Positions 48,373-56,363 of a stretch of 64,000 bases of DNA are shown piece after piece. Each line of letters starts with the position of its first letter. Within the stretch, counting starts at the first letter, position 1. The position numbers were made by a program, and so were the translations under genes. This DNA comes from Candidatus Geohabitans tengchongensis. Lineage in GTDB: Bacteria > Sysuimicrobiota > Sysuimicrobiia > Sysuimicrobiales > Humicultoraceae. The notes below the pieces were generated by a model. That model was not told the origin of the DNA. It did no database searches and saw only the letters and a list, made by a program, of their open reading frames with translations. The DNA is taken from contig JAVKIH010000002.1 of the NCBI GenBank assembly GCA_031459625.1, positions 169,272 through 233,271 on the forward strand, in the 5' to 3' direction.

Positions 48373-49928
48373 TCGACCTGCAGGTGCTCACGACCGACCC
48401 CCGACGCCACGCCTGCGAGGCGCTGGTGGTGGGCGTCTTCGCCGGTGTGCGGGAGCTGGGGGGTGCGGCCGCGCACCTGGACCGCGCGCTGGGCGGCGAG
48501 CTGCGGCGCACGCTCGACGAGGAGGCGTTCTCCGCCCGTCCCGGCGAGACGGCGGTGATCCACACCCAGGGCCGCATCGCCCCCCGGCGCCTGATCGTGG
48601 CCGGGCTGGGGCCGGGGCCCGAGCTGGAGGGGGAGCGGGTGCGGACGGCTGCGGCCGCGGCCGTCCGCCGGGCCCAGGACCTCCACCTGCAGCACCTGGC
48701 CTTCGCGCCCCTGCCGGCGCCGGCCGACCGTCTGGCCGCTCTCACCCAGGCGCGGGTGGAGGGGATCCTGCTCGGCGCCTACCGCTTCACCCGCTACCTG
48801 AACGCACCGCCTCGGCCGGTGCGGCGTGCGGACATCCTGGCCGCCGACCGGGAGGATCGCGAGGCGGTGGAGCAAGGGGTGGCCTGGGGGCGCCTCTTCG
48901 CCGAGGCGACGGTCTTCGCCCGCGACCTGGTGAACGAGCCGCCCAGCGACCTCACCCCGGCGCGCTTCGCCGACCTGGCTGCCAGCCGCGCCCGCGAGCG
49001 CGGACTGGGCGTCGAAGTACTGGGACCCGACGCGATGGCGCGCCTGGGGATGGGAGGAATCCTCGGGGTGGCCCGGGGGAGCCGCGAGGAGCCCCGCCTG
49101 GTCGTCCTGACCTACGCTCCGCAGGGCGCGGGACGCACGGTGGCCCTCGTGGGCAAGGGCCTGACCTTCGACAGCGGCGGGCTCGACCTCAAGACGGCCG
49201 AGCAGATGCAGACGATGAAGTCCGACATGGCGGGGGCTGCCGCCGTGCTGGCCACGATGACCGCGCTCCCCGCGCTCGCCCCGCGGGTGCGGGTGCTGGG
49301 CCTGCTCGGGCTGGCCGAGAACATGCCGGGCCCGGGGGCGATGAAGCCGGGCGACATCCTGCGGATCATGAACGGCAGGACGGTGGAGATCACCAACACC
49401 GACGCGGAGGGGCGGCTGGTCCTGGCCGACGCCCTGGCCTACGCCGCGGAGCGGGCGGACGTGCTCATCGACGTCGCCACCCTCACCGGCGGAGCCCACG
49501 TCGCCCTGGGCCCGTTCGCCGCTGCGCTGCTCGGCACTGATGCCGGGCTGATGGAGGCGCTGCGCGCGGCCGGCGACGCCGCCGGGGAGCGGCTCTGGCC
49601 GCTGCCGCTGTACGAGGAGTACACCGAGGCGATGCGCGGCCGTGTTGCCGACCTGCGCAACTCGGCGGGACGCTACGGTTCGGCGGAGAAGGCGGCGGCG
49701 TTCCTGCGCGAGTTCACCGCTGGCCGCCCCTGGGCCCACCTGGACATCGCCCCGGTGGCCTTCCTGGAGAGCGAGGAAGGGACGGGTCCGTACCGCCCGC
49801 GCGATTGCGCCACCGGCTTCGGGGTGCGCACCTTCCTTCACTACTTGGCGCGCCTGGAGACCGGACCGCAGCGGCCGGGACGCGCGGCACCGCGCCCGCG
49901 CATCAGGAAGCCGCTGCGGGCCGCGTAA
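48369..49928 (+). CDS. pepA: Leucyl aminopeptidase (M17)
   Basis: GKGLTFDSGG, MKSDMAGAA, NTDAEGRL.LADA, ATLTG, HLDIA. Confidence 0.96.
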   Translation: MIDLQVLTTDPRRHACEALVVGVFAGVRELGGAAAHLDRALGGELRRTLDEEAFSARPGETAVIHTQGRIAPRRLIVAGLGPGPELEGERVRTAAAAAVRRAQDLHLQHLAFAPLPAPADRLAALTQARVEGILLGAYRFTRYLNAPPRPVRRADILAADREDREAVEQGVAWGRLFAEATVFARDLVNEPPSDLTPARFADLAASRARERGLGVEVLGPDAMARLGMGGILGVARGSREEPRLVVLTYAPQGAGRTVALVGKGLTFDSGGLDLKTAEQMQTMKSDMAGAAAVLATMTALPALAPRVRVLGLLGLAENMPGPGAMKPGDILRIMNGRTVEITNTDAEGRLVLADALAYAAERADVLIDVATLTGGAHVALGPFAAALLGTDAGLMEALRAAGDAAGERLWPLPLYEEYTEAMRGRVADLRNSAGRYGSAEKAAAFLREFTAGRPWAHLDIAPVAFLESEEGTGPYRPRDCATGFGVRTFLHYLARLETGPQRPGRAAPRPRIRKPLRAA

Positions 49929-49980
49929 AGCGCGCCGGGCCGCCTGGGGGGCGCGCCCGACCGCCTGGGCGCGCGGAGTC

Positions 49981-50646
49981 CTATCCCTGGTGGGCCAGGA
50001 CCCAGACCGCCCGCTGCGGCGGCAGGTCGGCCGGGCGGATCGTCGCCGTGTGGCCGCGGTGGGCGACATTGGGCTTCCCGCTGAGGAAGGGGTCCACCGG
50101 GCCGATGGGCCACCCCGCCGTGGCCGGCGTCTTGTAGTGCATGGGGATGACCAGGCGCGGGGCCAGCAGCTCCACGACCTGCGAGGCCTCCTCCGGGCCG
50201 ATGGTGTAGTGGCCGCCGACCGGGACCATCAGGACGTCTGGGCGACCGATGGCCCCGGCCTGGTCGGCATCGAGGGTGTGCCCCAGGTCGCCGAGGTGGA
50301 CGACGCGCATTCCCTCGACCTCGTAGATGAAGACCGCGTTGCGGCCGCGCTCCGCGCCGCGGCTGGCGTCGTGGTAGGTCGGGACCGTGGTGATGCGCAC
50401 CTCCCCCACCGCCGTGTTCACCCGGGCCCAGTCGCCGCCGGGAGCGAGGCCGCGGATCACCGTGGGCGACCCCTTGGCCATGGCCACGTGGTTGTGGTCG
50501 AAGTGCTCGTGGGAGACGGTGACGGCCGTGGGCGCGACGTCGGGGATGGGGTAGCCGCACTCCGTGTTGAACGGGTCGATGAGGATGGAGGTCCCGTCCG
50601 CCGCGGACAGGAGGAAGCAGGCATGGCCGTAGTAGGTCAATTCCAC
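49981..50646 (-). CDS. MBL-fold metallo-hydrolase
   Basis: GHACF, SHEHFDH, HLGDLGH, IPMHY; SD AGGAGGT. Confidence 0.92.
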   Translation of the reverse strand: MELTYYGHACFLLSAADGTSILIDPFNTECGYPIPDVAPTAVTVSHEHFDHNHVAMAKGSPTVIRGLAPGGDWARVNTAVGEVRITTVPTYHDASRGAERGRNAVFIYEVEGMRVVHLGDLGHTLDADQAGAIGRPDVLMVPVGGHYTIGPEEASQVVELLAPRLVIPMHYKTPATAGWPIGPVDPFLSGKPNVAHRGHTATIRPADLPPQRAVWVLAHQG

Positions 50647-50748
50647 CCGGATCACCTCCTGCGCCGCCGCCCCGGGCCGTGCCGCCACCGGACCGGCCCG
50701 GGCGTGCGCGTGCTGTCGCTGTGGACACTCCTATGGTAGGGCGGTAGC

Positions 50749-52476
50749 GTGCGCCGCACCACCCGCACCGCGGAGGACCTGCGGGCGCTCGCCGCCGTGG
50801 CGCGGGGCGAGGCGCCGGCCGACCTCTACCTGGCCGGCGGCCGCGTCCTCAACGTCTACTCGGGCGAGGTGCTGGAGGCCAACGTCGCCGTGGCGCGCGG
50901 GCGCGTGGCCTACGTGGGTCGGCGGCGCACGATGGTGGGCGAGCAGACCACCGTCCTCGACGTGACCGGCCGCCTCCTCGTCCCCGGCTACTTCGACCCG
51001 CACTGCCACCCGGGCGCCATGTACACGCCGGTGACGCTGGCGGAAGCGGTGCTGCCGCGCGGCACCGTGGCGGCCGTGGCCGACACCCTCTTCCCCCTGG
51101 TCTACGCCGACCCGGCCCGCCTGGAGCAGGTGCTGCAGGACCTGAGCCGCCTGCCCTTCCACTACTACTGGTTCCTGCGCCTGCACGCCCAGGCTCCGCT
51201 GCCGCAGGAGGCGGAGCGCTTCGCTCCGGACCGCCTCGATCGCCTGCTCCACCTGGAACCGGTGCGCACCGCCGGGGAGGTGACGCGGTGGCCCCTCCTC
51301 CATGCGGGCGATCCGCGCCTCACCGAGCTCGTGGCGGCCGTGCTGGCCGCGGGCCGCCGCGTCGAAGGCCACGCCCCCGGCGTGGGGTGGGAACGGCTGC
51401 AGGCCCTCGTCGCCGCAGGGGTGAGCAGCGACCACGAGGCCATTACCGCCGAACAGGCGCTGGACCGGCTGCGCGCCGGCCTGTACGTCATGCTGCGCCA
51501 CTCCTCCCTGCGCGGGGACCTGCCCGCGCTGGCGGGGGTGGCGTCCGTCGCGCGCGCCTTCTCCGGCCGGCTGATGCTGACGCCGGACGGGCCGGACGCC
51601 ACCTTCATCGCCGACCACGGCTACATGGACGCCGTGATCCGCCAGGCGCTGCTCGCCGGCGTCGACCCGGTGGCCGCCTACCAGATGGCCACCCTCAACC
51701 CGGCCACGTACTACGGCCTCGACGAGGAGCTGGGCGGGATCGCCCCCGGCCGTCTGGCCGACCTGAACGTGCTGGTGGACCTGCGCGACCCCACTCCCGA
51801 GCGGGTGATCGCCGGCGGGCGGCTGGTGGCCGAGGAGGGCCGCCTCACCGCCCCGATCGAGGCCCCGGAGTGGGTCAGCGCCTTCCCCCGCCGCTACGCC
51901 CCCACCTGGCGCCCCGACCCGTCACTCTTCGCCCCGCCGCGCGGCGCGGCCATCGCCCTCCACCTGCAGAACGCGGTGATCACCCGGCGGCGGGACCTCA
52001 CCCTGTCGGACGGACCGCCACCAGGCGTGCAGGTGCTGACCCTCCTCGCCCCGGACGGGCGGTGGGTGGCGCGCGCCCTCCTCAGCGGCTTCGCTGACCG
52101 CCTGGGGGGCCTGGCCTGCACCTACACGGTGGGCGGGGGGATGGCGGTCGCCGGCGACGATCCGCACGACATGGCGGCCGCCGCCCGGCGGACGCTGGAG
52201 CTGGGGGGCGGGGTGGTGGCGGTGGAGGACGGGCAGGTGCGGTTCGAGCTCCCCCTGCCCATCGGCGGGTTGATGTCCCCCGAGCCCCTCCACCGGCTGG
52301 CCGCCCGGGTGCGAGAGCTGGGCGCCTTCCTGCGGGCCCGCGGCTACCGCCACGAGGACCCGACCTACACCCTCTTCTTCCTCTCCTTCGACTCCCTGCC
52401 CGACCTGCGCCTCACCGCTCTGGGGATCTGGGACGCCCGCGCCGGCAGGGTCCTGGTTCCCCGCGAGGAGCGCTGA
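50749..52476 (+). CDS. Adenine deaminase family, YerA-like subgroup
   Basis: DPHCHP, GEV, EGHAP, DHE, LRHSSLR.DLP, TPDG, GGIAPGRLAD, C-terminal AdeC domain. Confidence 0.88.
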   Translation: MRRTTRTAEDLRALAAVARGEAPADLYLAGGRVLNVYSGEVLEANVAVARGRVAYVGRRRTMVGEQTTVLDVTGRLLVPGYFDPHCHPGAMYTPVTLAEAVLPRGTVAAVADTLFPLVYADPARLEQVLQDLSRLPFHYYWFLRLHAQAPLPQEAERFAPDRLDRLLHLEPVRTAGEVTRWPLLHAGDPRLTELVAAVLAAGRRVEGHAPGVGWERLQALVAAGVSSDHEAITAEQALDRLRAGLYVMLRHSSLRGDLPALAGVASVARAFSGRLMLTPDGPDATFIADHGYMDAVIRQALLAGVDPVAAYQMATLNPATYYGLDEELGGIAPGRLADLNVLVDLRDPTPERVIAGGRLVAEEGRLTAPIEAPEWVSAFPRRYAPTWRPDPSLFAPPRGAAIALHLQNAVITRRRDLTLSDGPPPGVQVLTLLAPDGRWVARALLSGFADRLGGLACTYTVGGGMAVAGDDPHDMAAAARRTLELGGGVVAVEDGQVRFELPLPIGGLMSPEPLHRLAARVRELGAFLRARGYRHEDPTYTLFFLSFDSLPDLRLTALGIWDARAGRVLVPREER

Positions 52477-52490
52477 CCGCCGCCGCAAGC

Positions 52491-52635
52491 CGCCTCCTCT
52501 TCATCATCGTCCTCCTCCACCTGCAGACCGTCCCGCCCTGGGACGCGGGCGAGCTCGTGCGCCGGCTGGACGCTCTCCTCCGTGCCCATCCGGAGGAGGA
52601 TGCGCTGACGGACTCCTGTGCTGTTCCTTCCGTGA
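52491..52635 (+). pseudogene. Possible gene remnant (C-terminus resembling DUF5615/PIN-like proteins)
   Basis: Startless frame IIVLLHLQTVPPWDAGELVRRLDALLRAHPEEDALTD, then a shifted-frame VLFLP*. Confidence 0.3.
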
Positions 52636-52670
52636 TGTGCTCCGCGCTTTCAGGAGACTCACCGTGAGGG

Positions 52671-53111
52671 TCAGCCGGCCTTTGTGCGGAGGTAGGCGAG
52701 GACGCGGTCGGCGTCGCGGAGGGGGTTGACGCGCCTCCAGATCTGCTCCACGCGCGCCTCGCGGTTGACGAGGACCGTATCGCGGCTGAGGATTCCGAGG
52801 AATCGCCGGACGCCGTACGCGCGCGCCAGCGCTCCCTGCGGATCGGGCACCATCGTGAGGCCCGTGCGCTCCGCGAAGCCGCACTGGGCCTCCGCGCGGT
52901 CCGGACTCACGCCCACCACCGTCGCGCCAAGCCGCCGGAACTGGTCCGCGAGCGCCGCGTACCTGCGGGCCTGCAGGGAGCAACCCGGCGAGCCGGCCTT
53001 GGGGTAGAAGAACAGCACGAGCCATCCCGTCTGAGCGCGCTCCCTCAGGTCCAGCTCGTGGCCGACGGAGTCCCGCACCTGGGGCAGTGGAGCCGGATCG
53101 CCCTCGCGCAC
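52671..53111 (-). CDS. Peroxiredoxin (BCP/PrxQ)
   Basis: LFFYPKAGSPGCSLQA, VVGVSPD, RDTVLV. Confidence 0.92.
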   Translation of the reverse strand: MREGDPAPLPQVRDSVGHELDLRERAQTGWLVLFFYPKAGSPGCSLQARRYAALADQFRRLGATVVGVSPDRAEAQCGFAERTGLTMVPDPQGALARAYGVRRFLGILSRDTVLVNREARVEQIWRRVNPLRDADRVLAYLRTKAG

Positions 53112-53258
53112 ACCCCGATTATAGGCGGAGTCGCCGACGGCCCCCGGGGTCGCGCAGCGCGGCCTGAGGCATGCGCATCCGCCGCCGCAGCGGCGAGGGA
53201 GCGCATCCCGGCGGTACAATACAGGTGATCCGCGACGCAGCGAAGGAGGCGGGAGACC

Positions 53259-53711
53259 ATGCCGAAGTTCGTGCACGTCGAGATCCCGGCCGTGGACCTG
53301 CGCCGGGCGAAGGCCTTCTACGGCAAGCTCTTCGGCTGGTCGTTCCGGGATTTCGACCGTGACTACACGCTGATCCTGGACGGCGGCGAGACGATCGGCG
53401 GCATCTACCGCGTCCGGCGGGCCATCCCCCGGCCGGACCGCCGGCGGCCGCAGACGCGGGCCTACGTGGCGGTGGAGGACATCGACACGACGCTCAAGGC
53501 GATCCGCCGCGCCCGCGGCACCATCGTCGAGGAGAAGCAGGAGGTCCCGGGGATGGGATGGTGGGCCGGTTTCGCCGATCCCCAGGGCGCCGTGCTCTAC
53601 CTCTGGCAGCGCATGCCGCAGCGCGACGAGGCCGGTCGCCCGGCCACGGCGATGAACCTGGAGGAGGAGGGGCGCGAGGTCTCGCGGGAGGCGCAGCTGG
53701 TCAAGGGCTGA
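53259..53711 (+). CDS. VOC family protein
   Basis: FVHVEIPA.D..RAKAFY..LFGW, VEDID, PGMGW...FADPQG; upstream TACAAT and AAGGAGG. Confidence 0.92.
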   Translation: MPKFVHVEIPAVDLRRAKAFYGKLFGWSFRDFDRDYTLILDGGETIGGIYRVRRAIPRPDRRRPQTRAYVAVEDIDTTLKAIRRARGTIVEEKQEVPGMGWWAGFADPQGAVLYLWQRMPQRDEAGRPATAMNLEEEGREVSREAQLVKG

Positions 53712-53785
53712 GTCCTGCGCCGGGTCCACGAAGCCCCGCGCCGCCGCATAGCGACCGCGCGGCACTCACCGGTGCCTCTCGGCGC

Positions 53786-54757
53786 TCACCGGTGTACTTC
53801 GAGAATGTCGCCGTCCTCGAGGAGGTGGTCGCGACCGACCATCTGGCCGGCGTACTCGTCCCGGCCCCACAGCCGCGCGTAGCGCAGCTGCGCGGCAAAG
53901 TCCTTGTGGATCGCCTCGGCGGCGTCCAGCACCGTGGCCCCCCGCCGCAGGATGAACGGGGCGCTCAAGTCGGCCTTGCGGCCCGGCGGCTTGCTGTAGA
54001 CCCGGATCACCCCCAGGCTCTCGAAGAGGGCGCGGCGCAGGGCCTCGAGCCCCTCCCCTGTGACGGGGGAGACTGCCACCACCGGCAGGCGCCCCCCCAC
54101 GAACTCCCGCAGGAGGTCGAGGCGGACCGCCGCCCCGGGGGCGTCGACGTGGGTGGCGACGGTCACGGCGGACTTCCCCTCGTCCGTCGCCTGCGGCGCG
54201 CGCAGGGGGATGCGGGCCTCCTCCAGCAGCCGGAGCGCCGTCTCGGCCTGCCCCAGCACGTCCTCGTCCCCGAGGCTCAGGGTGAGCGCGACCGCGTCCG
54301 CCGTGCGGATGATGGCGTACAGCCACCCCTCGCTGAACTCCCGGGTGAGCGGCGGCAGGTCGACGAGCTGGATCTGCACGTTCTCGAAGGGGACCATGCC
54401 CGGCAGCGGCATGCGCGTGGTGAAGGGGTACGGCGCCACCTCGGGCTCGGCGCGGCTGAGGGCGCGCAGGAGGGCCGACTTCCCGCTGTTCGGCGGGCCG
54501 ACGAGCACCACCTGACCGGCCCCCTCGCGTTCGACGTGGTAGAAGGGCTTCTGGCGGGCGGTGCCCCCCTTGCGCTGCATCTCCCGGCGGACCTGCGCGA
54601 TGCGGCGCTTGATGTCCGCCTGCATCTTGTCCGTCCCCTTGTGCTTGGGGATGGTGGCGAGCATCTCCTGGAGGGCGGCCAGGCGGTCCTGCGGCGTCGT
54701 CGCCGCCTTCCACTTCTTCTCCGCCGCCAGGTACTCGGGGGTCAGGTTTGCCGGCAT
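53786..54757 (-). CDS. DRG/Rbg-like OBG-family GTPase with TGS domain
   Basis: MPANL, PKHKGT, GPPNSGKS, YPFTT, DLP, IRVYSK.PG, IHKDF, DGDILE. Confidence 0.9.
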   Translation of the reverse strand: MPANLTPEYLAAEKKWKAATTPQDRLAALQEMLATIPKHKGTDKMQADIKRRIAQVRREMQRKGGTARQKPFYHVEREGAGQVVLVGPPNSGKSALLRALSRAEPEVAPYPFTTRMPLPGMVPFENVQIQLVDLPPLTREFSEGWLYAIIRTADAVALTLSLGDEDVLGQAETALRLLEEARIPLRAPQATDEGKSAVTVATHVDAPGAAVRLDLLREFVGGRLPVVAVSPVTGEGLEALRRALFESLGVIRVYSKPPGRKADLSAPFILRRGATVLDAAEAIHKDFAAQLRYARLWGRDEYAGQMVGRDHLLEDGDILEVHR

Positions 54758-55088
54758 CGTGCCATCCCGCTCAGCACCGAGCGATCACGCCGCCCGTAGC
54801 CGCCGGCCGACGGCAGCCCACGCGCGGCCGCTGTTCCCATCTTCGTCGGCCGCACGCTTCCCGGGAAGAGCCCCGCCGTGACGGACACCCGCCCGGCAAG
54901 GCGCGCTCCTGCTGAAGGGATGCCAGCCCGTTGGAGGGATGCGGGCCCCGCGCGGGCGGGCACGCGGCAGGAGCCGCGTGGAGGCGCAGGGGGGAAGCGT
55001 CCGAGCCCGCGCGGGGACCGGCGAGATCGGGGCGCGCCTCGACCCCGGGCGCCGCCGGGGCCCCCGGCGGCGCATCGTCACCGGCCGA

Positions 55089-55604
55089 TCAGCCGGTCTG
55101 CTGCGAGCCGTGGGCCGGCACGGGCGCGACGACTGTCGAGCCCACGACCACCACCAGCGCCAGGGCCAGCCCGGCGACCAGAATCGGGACGACCGGCAGC
55201 GTCCGGCCCAGGACCGAGTCCACCGCGTAGGCGCCGGGACCGGTGAGCGCCACGCCCGTCACCACCGTCAGGTTGGCCAGGGCGTACTCCCAGCCGCCGT
55301 TCGCCACCCACGGCCCGCGGCCCCAGTGCGCCCGGGCGATGGCCATGAGCATGACGGCGCCGATCAGTACCGAGCCCACCGGGTTGAGGAGCCCGAGGGC
55401 GAAGAGCGCCCCGCCGAGCGTCTCACAGAGCCCGGCCACGAGCGCCCAGAGGCGCCCGGGGCGCAGCCCCAGCGACTCCATGTAGCCTGCCGTCCCGGCG
55501 AGCCCGTACCCGCCGACCCAGCGGGTGAGCTTTTGCAGCCCGTGTCCCATGAACAGTCCCCCGATCACGACACGGATCATGACGAGACCGAGGTCAGCCG
55601 GCAT
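55089..55604 (-). CDS. DoxX family protein
   Basis: R...G.FMGHG.QKL..W.GG.G, E..GG, GGWEY, GPGAYAVD. Confidence 0.93.
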   Translation of the reverse strand: MPADLGLVMIRVVIGGLFMGHGLQKLTRWVGGYGLAGTAGYMESLGLRPGRLWALVAGLCETLGGALFALGLLNPVGSVLIGAVMLMAIARAHWGRGPWVANGGWEYALANLTVVTGVALTGPGAYAVDSVLGRTLPVVPILVAGLALALVVVVGSTVVAPVPAHGSQQTG

Positions 55605-55768
55605 CGCCTCCCACCTCCTTCGCTGTCCTCAGTTGTCGTCCGGACAACGCCCCCCTGGGGAGGGGCAGCGGCGCGACGGGGGTAGCGCCCGGGGCGGGTG
55701 CACTCCCCGCCGCACCGCTCCACAGACCGGGCGCGCCCTGACGCGCGCCGGCCCACCCGTCGCGTCCG

Positions 55769-56200
55769 TCAGGCGCGCACCAGCTCCACCGGGACCTTCT
55801 TGGGCAGCGCCGCCTGGACCACCGGGATGGTGATCTCCAGGATGCCGCCCACCCACCGGGCCTTCACCTGCTCGGCGTCGAGCCCCTCGGGCAGCTCCAG
55901 GGTCCGCTCGAAGCGCCCGTAGGCGATCTCCCCGAAGATGCGGTCGTCGGCCGGCACCTCCGGCCCGCGCCGCTCACCGGCGATGGTGAGCGTCGAGCCG
56001 GTCAGCCGGACGTCCACGCTCGTCGGGTCGACGCCCGCCAGCTCCGCCCGGACCACCAGGTGCCCGTCCCTGTAGAAGGCCTCGCAGTTCGGAGCGAACG
56101 CCACCGCCTCCGACCGCTCGCCGAAGACCCGCTGGACCAGGTTCATCAGGTCCCGCTGGAGCCGAAACAGCTCCTCGAACGGCGTGCGCCGGACCAGCAT
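55769..56200 (-). CDS. Hsp20/alpha-crystallin small heat-shock protein
   Basis: AELAGV, LTIAGER, EIAYGRFER...LP, GILEITIP. Confidence 0.95.
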   Translation of the reverse strand: MLVRRTPFEELFRLQRDLMNLVQRVFGERSEAVAFAPNCEAFYRDGHLVVRAELAGVDPTSVDVRLTGSTLTIAGERRGPEVPADDRIFGEIAYGRFERTLELPEGLDAEQVKARWVGGILEITIPVVQAALPKKVPVELVRA

Positions 56201-56289
56201 CGTCGTTCACCTCCTTTCCTGCGTTGGGTGACCGGCCGGGACGCCCGGGGGCAGGAGCCACCCAGGGCCCCGGAGCCTCCACCCATTCT

Positions 56290-56322
56290 TAAAAGGGGAA
56301 CGGGGTCGATATTGTCAAGGGG
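56290..56322 (-). promoter_or_regulatory. Candidate heat-shock promoter of hsp20
   Basis: Minus strand CCCTTGAC-N15-CCCCTTTTA in an AT-rich patch. Confidence 0.5.
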
Positions 56323-56363
56323 ATTGGCTTAACAGTGCTCGCGGGCGGGCGCGGGGAAAGGGC

